The position numbers and the translations under genes were made by a program. Of a stretch of 64,000 nt of DNA, positions 1-9,213 are shown one piece after another. Every line of letters begins with the position of its first letter. Position 1 is the stretch's first letter. The DNA lies in contig CAYSWQ010000001.1 in NCBI GenBank assembly GCA_964434885.1, forward strand, positions 11,327 to 75,326. The letters run 5' to 3'. The notes under the pieces are model-generated. The model worked only from the letters and a program-made list of their open reading frames with translations. It was not told where the DNA came from and ran no database searches. Source of the DNA: an uncultured Methanosarcinales archaeon. Lineage in GTDB: Archaea > Nanobdellota > Nanobdellia > Woesearchaeales > GW2011-AR9.

Positions 1-227
1 AGATTAATTCACAAAAAGTACCTCGAGTAATCGGTAAAGAAGGAAGCATGGTTTCTTTAATCAAGAAGAAAACCGGTTGTGAGATTAGTATCGGACAAAA
101 TGGATTGGTTTGGATTAAAGGCACTCCAGAAATGGAATTATTAGCTGAAAAAGCAATCTATTTGATTCAAGAAAAATCCCACTTAAGTGGTTTAACTAAT
201 AAGATTGAGGAATTTCTAAATAAATAA
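1..227 (+). CDS. rrp4: Exosome complex RNA-binding subunit Rrp4, 3' partial (start lies before the window)
   Basis: Frame-3 translation ends ...VIGKEGSMVSLIKKKTGCEISIGQNGLVWIKG...EEFLNK*, a KH-domain GxxG motif; sits directly upstream of Rrp41/Rrp42 as in the archaeal exosome operon. Confidence 0.7.
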   Translation, partial: INSQKVPRVIGKEGSMVSLIKKKTGCEISIGQNGLVWIKGTPEMELLAEKAIYLIQEKSHLSGLTNKIEEFLNK

Positions 228-228
228 A

Positions 229-930
229 ATGGCTTACACAAAAAGATTAGATGGTCGAAAGGCCGATGAATTAAGACCAATGGAAGCAAAGGCAGGAGTA
301 ATCCCAAATGCAGATGGTTCAGCTTATTTTAAAGCGGGAAAAACCACTGCTTATGTTGCTGTTTATGGTCCACGAGAATTATTTCCAAAATTCAAACAAG
401 ATCCAAAGAAAGGTGTCTTAAGATGCCACTATGGAATGTTGCCGTTCTCTGGTTGTGGAGATAGAATCAGACCTGGAACCAGTAGAAGAGCACAAGAAAT
501 CTCTATGGTTATGGAAAAAGCATTGGAACCAGTAATTGACTTAACTGAATTCCCAAACTCTGTTTTGGATGTTTTTATCAACTTACCACAAACAGATGCA
601 GGAACAAGGTGTGCAGCAATTTCTGGAGCAGCAATTGCTTTAGCAGACGCTGGAATTCCAATGAAAGACATGATCAGTGCAGTAGCTATGGGTCAAGTAG
701 ATGGAACTGTCTTAGCTGATTTAAATTATGATGAAGAAGCTTATGATGCAATTGTTTCAGATATTCCGATTGCCATGACTCATAACGGCAAAGAAGTTAC
801 TTTGTTGCAAATGGACGGTGAAATTTCTAGAGAAGACTTAATTAAAGCACTAGAAATGGGTAAAGCTGCTGTAGAAAAAGTTCATGAAGTACAAATGAAA
901 GCCTTAAAGGAGAGGTTTACTGAAAAATGA
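229..930 (+). CDS. rrp41: Exosome complex exonuclease Rrp41 (RNase PH-like)
   Basis: RLDGRKADELRP...AGVIPNADGSAYFKAGKT is an RNase PH fold N-terminus; start overlaps Rrp4 stop; 233 aa. Confidence 0.85.
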   Translation: MAYTKRLDGRKADELRPMEAKAGVIPNADGSAYFKAGKTTAYVAVYGPRELFPKFKQDPKKGVLRCHYGMLPFSGCGDRIRPGTSRRAQEISMVMEKALEPVIDLTEFPNSVLDVFINLPQTDAGTRCAAISGAAIALADAGIPMKDMISAVAMGQVDGTVLADLNYDEEAYDAIVSDIPIAMTHNGKEVTLLQMDGEISREDLIKALEMGKAAVEKVHEVQMKALKERFTEK

Positions 931-1715
931 TTTCCAATAAACAAACAATTTCACAATTAGCTAAACAAGAAAAGCGAATGGATGGTCGAGAGCTAACAGC
1001 TTATCGAGGACCAATCGAAGTAGAAACCGATATTTCTTGGACAGCAGAAGGTTCAGCTAAAGTAACTATTGGTAAAACAGTAGTAATGGCAGGAGTTAAA
1101 ACTGAAATTAACAAACCTTACAATGATACTCCAAACGAAGGAGGAATCATGATTAATGCAGAATTATTGCCTTTATCCAGTCCAGAATATGAACCAGGAC
1201 CTCCGGGAATGAAAGCAATTGAATTAGCCAGAGTAACTGATCGAGGAATTAGAGAAGCTAAAGCGATTGATATGAAAAAGTTATGTATTGAACCTGGAGA
1301 AAAAGCATGGTTTATCATTATTGATATTGTAACTATTAACGACGCAGGAAATTTGTTTGACGCTGCAGGTTTAGCAGCATTAACTGCATTAAAAGCAGCT
1401 AAGTTTCCAGCAGTTGATCCAGAAACTGGAGCAATTGACTATAAACACAAAACAGAGGAATCTTTGCCGTTGTTAAAAGAACCATTACCTGTAACAGTCT
1501 ATAAAGTTGGAGGAAAATTATTAGTTGATCCAACTGCAGAAGAAGAGCATGCTTATGATGCTCGGTTAACAGTAGCTTCCGACGAAAAAGGAACAATTTC
1601 AGCGTTACAGAAAGGAGGTTCTACTCCTTTGACCGTTGATGAAATTTCTAAAATGGTAGAAATTGCCTTGGAAAAAGCTAAGTTTTTGCGAGATCAACTA
1701 AATAAGATCTTTTAA
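927..1715 (+). CDS. rrp42: Exosome complex subunit Rrp42
   Basis: [19 protein letters not shown]... is an RNase PH-like non-catalytic subunit; 4-nt overlap with Rrp41. Confidence 0.85.
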   Translation: MISNKQTISQLAKQEKRMDGRELTAYRGPIEVETDISWTAEGSAKVTIGKTVVMAGVKTEINKPYNDTPNEGGIMINAELLPLSSPEYEPGPPGMKAIELARVTDRGIREAKAIDMKKLCIEPGEKAWFIIIDIVTINDAGNLFDAAGLAALTALKAAKFPAVDPETGAIDYKHKTEESLPLLKEPLPVTVYKVGGKLLVDPTAEEEHAYDARLTVASDEKGTISALQKGGSTPLTVDEISKMVEIALEKAKFLRDQLNKIF

Positions 1716-1716
1716 A

Positions 1717-1914
1717 ATGGAAAAATACACCAAGTATGAACAAGCTAGAATGGTTGGTAGTCGAGCTTTACAGCTCTCCATGGGTGCTCCTTTTTTATTA
1801 AATTTAAATGAAAAGGATTTAGAAGAATTAAAATTTAACCCAATTCAAATTGCATTAAAAGAATTTGAAGCAGGAGTTATTCCAATTACGGTTAAAAGAC
1901 CACAACCCGAATAA
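1717..1914 (+). CDS. rpoK: DNA-directed RNA polymerase subunit K (Rpo6)
   Basis: [25 protein letters not shown]...[10 protein letters not shown] matches the RpoK/Rpb6 signature. Confidence 0.75.
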   Translation: MEKYTKYEQARMVGSRALQLSMGAPFLLNLNEKDLEELKFNPIQIALKEFEAGVIPITVKRPQPE

Positions 1915-2029
1915 ATTTTTTGTTACTTTATAGTAAATAATACCAAAAAGTTTATAAACAAAAGAGGATTTTCTGATAGTTATTAATTAAAAAGAGAGGT
2001 TCTTAGATTGTTAAGGAGGATAATTAAAA

Positions 2030-2818
2030 ATGATCGTACAAAAAGATTTCCTAAACAAACTGAAGGACTTCGGTTTAAATAGTTATGAAAGTAAACTTTG
2101 GGTGGCATTACTCTCGAGAGGAATTTCCACCGCAGGAGAATTATCAGATATCTCTAATGTTCCTAGATCTAGAGCATATGATGTTTTAGAAAGCTTAGAA
2201 AAGAAAGGCTTCATTATTGTTAAAGTTGGTAAACCTATCAAATATTTAGCAGTTCCACCGGGGGAAGTGGTGGAGAGAGTTAAGAAAAAAGTGGCTAAAG
2301 ATGCTGAAGTTAAGAGTAAAATTTTAGATAACCTGAAAGAAAGTGATGTTTTAGGGGAATTAAACTTATTGCATAATACTGGAGTTAAATTAGTTGATCC
2401 AACTGATAAATCTGGTTCTTTCCGAGGAAGAGAAAAAATTTATGAACATTTGTCTACTATGATTAAAGGAGCTCAAAGTGAAATTACTTTAGTTACTTCT
2501 GGAAAAGGTTTGGAAAGAAAGAAAGATGCTTTATTTTCTTGTTTGAAAAAAGCTGCTGGCCGAGGAGTTAAAGTTAAAATTGCAGCCCCAGGAAATGCAG
2601 GAAAAGAAATCGTTAATCAATTTTCAAAAATTGCAGAAGTAAGAACTGCAACTGGAAATTCTCGGTTTTGTATTGTAGATAACAAAGAATTGTTGTTTAT
2701 GTTAACTGAAGATAAAAAAACCCACAAAGATTATGATTGTGCTGTGTGGGTAGATACTCCTTATTTTGTTGAATATTTTAACAAAATGTTTGGAAGTCAG
2801 TGGCAAGAGATGCGGTAA
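2030..2818 (+). CDS. TrmB-family transcriptional regulator (N-terminal wHTH plus C-terminal effector domain)
   Basis: N-terminus LNSYESKLWVALLSRGISTAGELSDISNVPRSRAYDVLESLEKKGFI is the TrmB HTH; GGAGG Shine-Dalgarno-like motif 8 nt upstream. Confidence 0.6.
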   Translation: MIVQKDFLNKLKDFGLNSYESKLWVALLSRGISTAGELSDISNVPRSRAYDVLESLEKKGFIIVKVGKPIKYLAVPPGEVVERVKKKVAKDAEVKSKILDNLKESDVLGELNLLHNTGVKLVDPTDKSGSFRGREKIYEHLSTMIKGAQSEITLVTSGKGLERKKDALFSCLKKAAGRGVKVKIAAPGNAGKEIVNQFSKIAEVRTATGNSRFCIVDNKELLFMLTEDKKTHKDYDCAVWVDTPYFVEYFNKMFGSQWQEMR

Positions 2819-2880
2819 AAAATTTCAATTGATTTTGAATACACAAGTTTTTTATAACTTCTTTTTTTATATCTTTTTTA

Positions 2881-3819
2881 ATGAGTCTTGTTCAATTGTT
2901 AAGGAAAATTGTTAATTCTTCAAGTAAGAAAATAGTTACCTTGGGTTTGGGAGCTAGTTTGGTTATGGGATGTACTGTAAATAACTACGAATATATTGGT
3001 GGAGATAAGGGTAGCCAGAAAGATTTTAATGTAATAAAAGATATAGGAGTTCAAGATAAACCTGCAGACATGACCTTAATCGTTCCTACAAGTGATTTTT
3101 TTACTGGACCCGACAAACCATTAATTTATCCTATTATTGATATGGGAAATGATTTTGGGACTGATTTGAGACCAATAAAAAAAGATTCTTCTGTTGCTGA
3201 TTTGGTTGTTCCTGATATAATACAACCTGATGTTGCTGTTCCTGACCAATATGTTCCTGATTTGATGGTGCCAGATAAGATGCAGCAAGATTTATTAGTT
3301 CCAGACAAATTAATTCCAGATTTGCCTAAACCAGATATAGTAGTACCAGATCAAAAGATAGCTGATAGTTATGTTCCTGATTTAAATCAACCAGATGTGG
3401 CTGTTCCTGACCAATATGTTCCTGATTTGATGGTTCCAGATAAAGGTGTTGTTTGTCCAACAAATATGGTTTTGGTAAAATACACTGGTGGTTTGTTTTG
3501 TATTGATAATAAAGATATATTTGGGAAAACTAAAAGTATGGGTATTGCAGATTGTAAAACACGAGGAAAAAATGGAAAAGTATGTAATGTGAAAGAAATT
3601 GATTTGGCTGTTACACATATAGGGATTAAACCTTCTCACGAACTTGCTACAACTGATTCAACTGGGTGTTGTTGCCCTTGTGGTTCATATAAAGGACCAA
3701 GCCAACATTTTTGGACTCCAACAGGCGGTGCCCATGGTTTTAAAAGAGGAAAATGTGAATGTTGGTTTGAAAATAGGCCAAATGTAAAGACATTTTATAG
3801 GTGTTGTGTTAAACCTTAA
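2881..3819 (+). CDS. Secreted/lipoprotein with tandem (V/I)PD repeats and a Cys-rich C-terminal domain
   Basis: N-terminal signal with lipobox-like LVMGC; at least 12 xPDxxVPD repeats; C-terminal 10-Cys module (CCCPCG...CECW...RCC). Confidence 0.5.
   Translation: MSLVQLLRKIVNSSSKKIVTLGLGASLVMGCTVNNYEYIGGDKGSQKDFNVIKDIGVQDKPADMTLIVPTSDFFTGPDKPLIYPIIDMGNDFGTDLRPIKKDSSVADLVVPDIIQPDVAVPDQYVPDLMVPDKMQQDLLVPDKLIPDLPKPDIVVPDQKIADSYVPDLNQPDVAVPDQYVPDLMVPDKGVVCPTNMVLVKYTGGLFCIDNKDIFGKTKSMGIADCKTRGKNGKVCNVKEIDLAVTHIGIKPSHELATTDSTGCCCPCGSYKGPSQHFWTPTGGAHGFKRGKCECWFENRPNVKTFYRCCVKP
3229..3443 (+). repeat. Two copies of a 50-nt near-identical direct repeat (3229-3278 and 3394-3443) inside the PD-repeat gene
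   Basis: gatgt(t/g)gctgttcctgaccaatatgttcctgatttgatggt(g/t)ccagataa occurs twice, 48/50 identical, and encodes the duplicated peptide VAVPDQYVPDLMVPDK. Confidence 0.6.
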
Positions 3820-3872
3820 ATAAAATATACTCACCAAAACTATTTTAAAGTCTTTTTCTTTTCATTGTTTTT

Positions 3873-4226
3873 ATGTCTGATATTAATTATAAGCAAGTTA
3901 TTCTAGTGAGGCAGGATTTGAAGTTGCCGAAAGGAAAGTTAGCAGCTCAAGCAGCACATGCTTCTGTAGAGGCAGTATTGCGTTCTGATGAAGAGATGGT
4001 TAAGAGATGGAGAATGGAAGGAATGGCTAAAATTGTGATTAAAGTTAAAGATGAGAAAGAATTAGTTAAATACTTTCAACAAGCCAAAGATGAAGATATT
4101 GTTGCTTCTTTGATTACTGATGCAGGTAAGACAGTGATTGCTCCGGGAACTAAAACTTGTGTGGGAATTGGCCCTAGTGAAGTAGAAGAAATTAACAAGA
4201 TAACTGGAAATCTCCCACTATTATAG
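3873..4226 (+). CDS. pth2: Peptidyl-tRNA hydrolase, archaeal type (Pth2)
   Basis: KQVILVRQDLKLPKGKLAAQAAHASV... matches the Pth2 family; 117 aa. Confidence 0.8.
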   Translation: MSDINYKQVILVRQDLKLPKGKLAAQAAHASVEAVLRSDEEMVKRWRMEGMAKIVIKVKDEKELVKYFQQAKDEDIVASLITDAGKTVIAPGTKTCVGIGPSEVEEINKITGNLPLL

Positions 4227-4264
4227 AAACTTTTTTAAATGAACTCCCTTCTAAATAAAAAGAA

Positions 4265-4582
4265 ATGAAGATTCCTAAAACTAGAAAAAGACATTGTCCA
4301 CATTGTAAAAAACACTCTGAACATAAAGTAATTAATCAGAAGTTTAAAGGACTGAATAAAACTCATACTCAGACCAAAGGTTCTCAAACTAGAACTAGAA
4401 AGAGAGGATTGAGAGGTGGCGTTGGTAATAAAGGAAGATTATCTCGGCCAGCAATCGCAAAATGGAAAAGAACTGGAGCTAAAACCTCTAAAAAAACAGA
4501 TTTAAGATATACTTGCCAAGATTGTAAAAAAACACATATTCAAGCTAAAGGAATCAGAGCTAAAAAATTTGAACTAAAATGA
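4265..4582 (+). CDS. rpl44e: 50S ribosomal protein L44e
   Basis: CPHCKKHSEHKV...KTDLRYTCQDCKK is the L44e zinc-ribbon pattern. Confidence 0.8.
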   Translation: MKIPKTRKRHCPHCKKHSEHKVINQKFKGLNKTHTQTKGSQTRTRKRGLRGGVGNKGRLSRPAIAKWKRTGAKTSKKTDLRYTCQDCKKTHIQAKGIRAKKFELK

Positions 4583-4767
4583 AAGCAGAAAACCCACAAC
4601 CAAAAAGCAAATTTATCAAAGTTAGATGCGCTAAATGTAAAAATGAGCAGATTATCTATGGTAATGCTTCAAGTATCGTTAAATGTTTAGTTTGTAATAA
4701 AGAATTAGTTTATCCAACAGGAGGAAAATCAAACATTTCCGGTCGGGTATTAGAAGTTTTAGAGTAA
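4579..4767 (+). CDS. rps27e: 30S ribosomal protein S27e
   Basis: FIKVRCAKCKNEQIIYGNASSIVKCLVCNKELVYPTGGK is the C4 zinc finger of S27e. Confidence 0.8.
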   Translation: MKAENPQPKSKFIKVRCAKCKNEQIIYGNASSIVKCLVCNKELVYPTGGKSNISGRVLEVLE

Positions 4768-4802
4768 GTTTTTTAAATATACTCCTTTCTTATTATTAAA
4801 CG

Positions 4803-5573
4803 ATGTTATACAAACGAGAAGGTCTACCAGAAACTGATGAAATAGTTCTTTGTAAAGTTACAAAGATCTTTCCCAATTCTGTTTTTGCTGAATTGGTTGA
4901 GTATAGAGATTCTGGAATGATTCACATTTCTGAAGTTTCTCCGGGAAGAATTAGAAATCTGAGAGATTATGTTAGTGTGGGTAGGCAAATTGTCTGTAAA
5001 GTGCTTAGAATTGATCGAGAGCGAGGCCATATTGACCTTTCTTTGCGAAGAGTTAATTCTAATCAAAGAAGACAAAAATTAGAAGAAGTAAAACAAGAAA
5101 TTAAATCAGAAGGTTTAATCTCAAATTTAGCTAAAAGATTGGATATTCCTTTTAGAGAACTATATCAAAAAATATCAAAGAAGGTTTTTGAAGAATATTC
5201 TCATTTGCATTTATGTTTCAAGGATGTTGTTTCTGGAGATGTAGATTTGGTTAAATTAGGTTTGGAAAAGAAAATTGCAGAAGGTTTGACTACTGCAATC
5301 AAAGATAAATTTAAACCCCCTAAAATTAGGATTAGTGGTGAAATTAGATTAGAAACTTATACTTCTGAAGGATTGGAAAAAATCAAAAAAACATTGGGTG
5401 AAATCCAAAAAATATCTAAAAAGATTGATTTGTTTTATTTGGGAGCTGGAAGATATAAATTTTCTGTAGAAGAAGCAGATTACAAACCAGCAGAAAAGAA
5501 ATTTAAGCAGGCTCAGAAAATCGTTGATAAATTTAATGATAAAATATCTAAAGCTGAGTTTATCCGAGAATGA
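4803..5573 (+). CDS. eif2a: Translation initiation factor 2 alpha subunit (aIF2-alpha)
   Basis: N-terminal S1 domain (PETDEIVLCKV...GMIHISEVSPGRIRNLRDYVSVGRQIVCKVLRID); conserved L44e-S27e-aIF2alpha-Nop10 order. Confidence 0.85.
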   Translation: MLYKREGLPETDEIVLCKVTKIFPNSVFAELVEYRDSGMIHISEVSPGRIRNLRDYVSVGRQIVCKVLRIDRERGHIDLSLRRVNSNQRRQKLEEVKQEIKSEGLISNLAKRLDIPFRELYQKISKKVFEEYSHLHLCFKDVVSGDVDLVKLGLEKKIAEGLTTAIKDKFKPPKIRISGEIRLETYTSEGLEKIKKTLGEIQKISKKIDLFYLGAGRYKFSVEEADYKPAEKKFKQAQKIVDKFNDKISKAEFIRE

Positions 5574-5740
5574 AGCATATTCTTAAATGTTCTAAATGTG
5601 AAAAGTATACTATGAAAGAAGAATGTTGTGGTGTGAAATGTATTTCTCCTAGGCCAGTTAAGTTTTCTCCGGAAGATAAATATGGGAATTATCGTCGGGA
5701 AGAGAAAAAGAAAGATTTGAAGAAGAAAGGTCTTTATTAA
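5570..5740 (+). CDS. nop10: H/ACA RNP protein Nop10 (56 aa; absent from the ORF track)
   Basis: MKHILKCSKCEKYTMKEECCGVKCISPRPVKFSPEDKYGNYRRE... is the Nop10 zinc ribbon plus FSPEDKY motif; ATG overlaps the aIF2alpha stop. Confidence 0.7.
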   Translation: MKHILKCSKCEKYTMKEECCGVKCISPRPVKFSPEDKYGNYRREEKKKDLKKKGLY

Positions 5741-6483
5741 CCTAAGTTGAAGTTGTAATCTCCTTGAACAGATAATCCACTGGCGGTTCCCTGTAAGGAA
5801 ACTAAACGATTTTCTGAAACATCTAGGCTACCTTGATAGTGGTTCATTTTAAGTTGATCTTTGTAAGTTAATTTGTAAGTTAATTTTGGTTGGACTTTTA
5901 AGTTTCCATCACCTTCAACAAAACTCAAAGATTTTAGATTTGCTCCATTAATCTTAAGAGAATCATAAACTAAACCTGCAAAAGATAGTTTCATGGCTTT
6001 TTTGGTCGATATACCAATACCATTAACTTTTGCTTTAGTAGCAACTCCATTCAAAGATAAACTAGTTCCATCAAAATCTATTTCTCCTTGGAAATTATTA
6101 ATATCTAATTCTGCAGATTTAAGGCCCTTTAATTCTAAAGTTTCTTCGTTAAGAGTAATTTTAGTTTGAGGGTCGTTAAACTTAATGGAAAGGGTGGAGA
6201 TCTTTGTATTTTCTTGTTTGACTTTGGGAATTGTGTTATAGCTTAAAGTCAATCCAATCTTTGTAGTTGGTTTGGAAGTGTCTAAAGGAGTTGTTTCTGG
6301 ATTGCCATCTATGGCATTAGAAACGGTGCTTGCTCCCAATATCCCTACAGCAGAACCAGTTAAACCTAGTTTTCCATCATTAGCTAATAAAAGTAGCATG
6401 ATAGCTCCAACTACAACTGTAGTAACTAAAATATAGAATCTACGGGAATGATGATGTGGTTTTGGATAAGGTGGGTGTACCAT
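5737..6483 (-). CDS. N-terminally membrane-anchored hypothetical protein with a beta-rich extracellular domain
   Basis: One N-terminal TM (ILVTTVVVGAIMLLLL) followed by a Thr/Ser/Asn-rich beta-strand-like domain; no recognisable family. Confidence 0.4.
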   Translation of the reverse strand: MVHPPYPKPHHHSRRFYILVTTVVVGAIMLLLLANDGKLGLTGSAVGILGASTVSNAIDGNPETTPLDTSKPTTKIGLTLSYNTIPKVKQENTKISTLSIKFNDPQTKITLNEETLELKGLKSAELDINNFQGEIDFDGTSLSLNGVATKAKVNGIGISTKKAMKLSFAGLVYDSLKINGANLKSLSFVEGDGNLKVQPKLTYKLTYKDQLKMNHYQGSLDVSENRLVSLQGTASGLSVQGDYNFNLG

Positions 6484-6539
6484 TTTATATCGCTCTTTTT
6501 TTAATTATTAATCTGCAATGATTTTTATATCTTTCTGTT

Positions 6540-7019
6540 CTAGTTCTCTTTATCTTTGTGTGTTGATTTTCTGTTCTTGCCAATCATTTCTTCCATGTGT
6601 TCCATCATTTTTTTAGGTTTGTTTATGTCTTTGATAACAAAAGCCGGAGAACCTGCTCCAGAAACCGAAATAGAACCATAATTTAACAATCTTTGTAATC
6701 TACCTTGGTGAATGTTCATATCAGGAACAAAACCTAAAGAATAAAAGTAAACGTTCTTTTTGTGTTGTTTGATTAACCCTTTAATGATGATTAATTTGGA
6801 ACTGGTAATTAAATATTTATTCATCATTCGGGAAATTTCTGCGGAACCAAGGGAAAAAAGAGAAAGACCCAAAACAAAGTATGTTATTGTTGGGTTTAAA
6901 GCTACTTCCCTAGAATAAACAAATGCTAAAATAGCTAGAAGGAAAAAACCACTCAAATACTCTGGCAAATAAGCCTTTCTACTTTTATTAAATTTGAAAA
7001 TAACCTCTTCTTTGCTCAT
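6540..7019 (-). CDS. Membrane protein with bacterial-type PH domain (YdbS/DUF304-like)
   Basis: Two N-terminal TM helices then ...ITSSKLIIIKGLIKQHKKNVYFYSL...; architecture typical of bPH_2. Confidence 0.45.
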   Translation of the reverse strand: MSKEEVIFKFNKSRKAYLPEYLSGFFLLAILAFVYSREVALNPTITYFVLGLSLFSLGSAEISRMMNKYLITSSKLIIIKGLIKQHKKNVYFYSLGFVPDMNIHQGRLQRLLNYGSISVSGAGSPAFVIKDINKPKKMMEHMEEMIGKNRKSTHKDKEN

Positions 7020-7069
7020 AAGGTAATGATATCCTAAAACTTTATATATTTTGTTGTCATTGTTTGATT

Positions 7070-7870
7070 ATGCCGGAATTACCTGAAGTTGAAACAATCA
7101 CTAATCAATTGAATAGAATGATTAAAGGAAAGAAGATTGTTGATGTTAAAGTAATTGATTATCCTAACCGGTTCCAAGGTGGGCGAAAATTAGTCTTGGA
7201 TAAAATAATTGAAATTGAGAGAAAAGCTAAACATATTGTTTTTGATTTAGCTAATAAGCATTCTTTTATTATTCATCTGAAGATGTCTGGGCAATTGATT
7301 TTTCATAAGAAACTTCCTGGGGAGATTAAGAAAGCAACCCATGTAATCTTTTTCTTTTCTGATGGAAGTTGTTTGTTTTTTAATGACTTTAGGAAATTTG
7401 GTTTTGTAAAAGTGATGAAAACTGGTACTGTGGATAAGTATTTTGAAAAGTATGGTCCTGATTCTTTGCAAATGAGTTTTTCTGAATTTAGGAGAGTTCT
7501 TGAAAAGAAGAAAAGATCAAAATTGAAACCTACTTTGTTAGATCAAAAAGTGTTAACTGGGCTAGGGAATATTTATGCCCAAGAAGCTTGTTATATCGCT
7601 GGAGTGTTGCCAGATAGAGTAATTGGTTCTTTAGATTTAAGAGAGTTGAAGAAATTGTATTCGGCGATTAAGAATGTGTTGAAAGCAGCAATTAAACACC
7701 AAGGTACTTCATTTGATACTTCTTATCGAACAATGGAAGACAAACCAGGTGGTTATCGGAAATACATTAAAGTTTATCATCAGAAAGAATGTTTAAAATG
7801 TAAGTCTAAATTAAAATCTGAAAAACTAGGGGGTCGAAGTACTTATTATTGTATAAAATGTCAAAAGTAG
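7070..7870 (+). CDS. Formamidopyrimidine-DNA glycosylase / endonuclease VIII family (Fpg/Nei)
   Basis: N-terminal MPELPEVE (catalytic Pro2/Glu3) and C-terminal C4 zinc finger CLKCKSKL...YYCIKCQ; the ORF track starts 2 codons earlier. Confidence 0.75.
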   Translation: MPELPEVETITNQLNRMIKGKKIVDVKVIDYPNRFQGGRKLVLDKIIEIERKAKHIVFDLANKHSFIIHLKMSGQLIFHKKLPGEIKKATHVIFFFSDGSCLFFNDFRKFGFVKVMKTGTVDKYFEKYGPDSLQMSFSEFRRVLEKKKRSKLKPTLLDQKVLTGLGNIYAQEACYIAGVLPDRVIGSLDLRELKKLYSAIKNVLKAAIKHQGTSFDTSYRTMEDKPGGYRKYIKVYHQKECLKCKSKLKSEKLGGRSTYYCIKCQK

Positions 7871-8094
7871 AAGAAGAATTGCGGAAAGAGATTGATAACT
7901 GGTTGCCTAAAGCTGAGAAAGAAGTTGCTAAGATTAAGAAAGTTAATGATGAAGAATATTTAGTGAATATCAAGGCATATGTTAAAGATACAAAGTATTT
8001 TTTAGATAAAGGGGATTTGGTGAAAAGTTTTGAAGCAGTGGTCTGGGCGTGGTCATGGCTTGAGATAGGTAAATTGAAAGGAATGTTAGAATGA
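7849..8094 (+). CDS. Small hypothetical protein (DUF357-like?)
   Basis: 81 aa helical; ...KYFLDKGDLVKSFEAVVWAWSWLEIG resembles small archaeal DUF357 proteins; overlaps the Fpg 3' end. Confidence 0.35.
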   Translation: MYKMSKVEEELRKEIDNWLPKAEKEVAKIKKVNDEEYLVNIKAYVKDTKYFLDKGDLVKSFEAVVWAWSWLEIGKLKGMLE

Positions 8095-8190
8095 TACCTA
8101 AAAAAGAAAAGAAGAAAAAGAAGAAGGAATTGGAAATCGATGAAGGTTCTGATTATCCGGTGCATGAAAAGTATACTAAGGAAGAACCAG

Positions 8191-8919
8191 TTAAAGAGTA
8201 GATAAGTTCTTAACTTTGCCAAAATTATAAACTTTTTCTCCAATGGCAAAAACTTCGAAGTTAGAAATATCTGGGAGATAGGGGCTAAATCTTCTGCTGC
8301 CAGTAATGTCTGTGCCACCAGACAAAGGATTAAAAGAAGGCATTACCAACAAATTCTTTTTCTGAAATTTTCCTTTTAAGAAACATTTATACTTTTCTGA
8401 TTTTCCTTGGTGTTTGAGTACAATTGCTGGGTGTTCATGAGCAATTATTAAGGTTTTAATTTTTTTACCAGCAAGGGCAAGGTGTTCTTCATTTTTTTTA
8501 TTGGTGTTTCCATGACAAATAAAAATATCTTTGATGATGTAGTCGTCCACTATTTTGACTCTTCCTTTACTTGCAATTGGACCTAAGAATAAATCATGAT
8601 TGCCCCTGACAATGATTAATTCTTGACAATTTCTTTTTAAGAAATCAACTAGTTTTAGTACATTTCTCCATTCTTGTTTTAGAATTTTGGGATAATGATG
8701 TTTTAAATCTCCATTGATAATAATTTTGGTAGGTTTAACTTTTTCAAAAATAGCAATTAGTCTTTTTAAGATATCTTCTAATTGAAACTTAGGGATTAAA
8801 ATACCTGTCTCTTCCAATTCTCCTTCATAGCCAATATGGAAGTCGCTAAAAAGGATTGTTTTTTCTGATTTAATCCATAAAGCTAAATCAATAATTTCTA
8901 AGTTGGGTAAAATTTCCAT
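8191..8919 (-). CDS. Calcineurin-like metallophosphoesterase
   Basis: Metal-binding motifs DFH, GDLKHH, GNHD, ICHGN, AHEHP. Confidence 0.6.
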   Translation of the reverse strand: MEILPNLEIIDLALWIKSEKTILFSDFHIGYEGELEETGILIPKFQLEDILKRLIAIFEKVKPTKIIINGDLKHHYPKILKQEWRNVLKLVDFLKRNCQELIIVRGNHDLFLGPIASKGRVKIVDDYIIKDIFICHGNTNKKNEEHLALAGKKIKTLIIAHEHPAIVLKHQGKSEKYKCFLKGKFQKKNLLVMPSFNPLSGGTDITGSRRFSPYLPDISNFEVFAIGEKVYNFGKVKNLSTL

Positions 8920-8982
8920 AATATTTAATTTGAATCTTGATTTATAAAATTAAGTAAAATTTTTAAAGAATAAAATATTACT

Positions 8983-9213
8983 TTGATTATGGATCATCGC
9001 ATAAAATCTTGGTTGATAGTAATATTATTTATTGTAATCATGGTAGGAATTGGTTTTTTACTAGGATCTAATCAAAGTATTGTTGGGGGGTCAGTAGTTA
9101 AAACAGTTGCTTGTTCTGATAATAGTGATTGTGATGATCGGATTAGTGCGACTGAAGATATTTGTAGAAATCCAGGGACAATTAATTCTTTATGTGTGAA
9201 TAAAAGGAAATAA
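8983..9213 (+). CDS. Small membrane-anchored Cys-rich protein
   Basis: 76 aa with N-terminal TM and a 6-Cys extracellular tail (CSDNSDCDDRISATEDICRNPGTINSLC). Confidence 0.35.
   Translation: MIMDHRIKSWLIVILFIVIMVGIGFLLGSNQSIVGGSVVKTVACSDNSDCDDRISATEDICRNPGTINSLCVNKRK

Noticed and set aside
429-671. 80-aa minus-strand ORF and similar antisense ORFs (1118-1318, 1399-1596, 3126-3308, 3382-3639, 4824-5075 and others)
   Set aside because: They lie entirely within well-supported conserved genes on the opposite strand.
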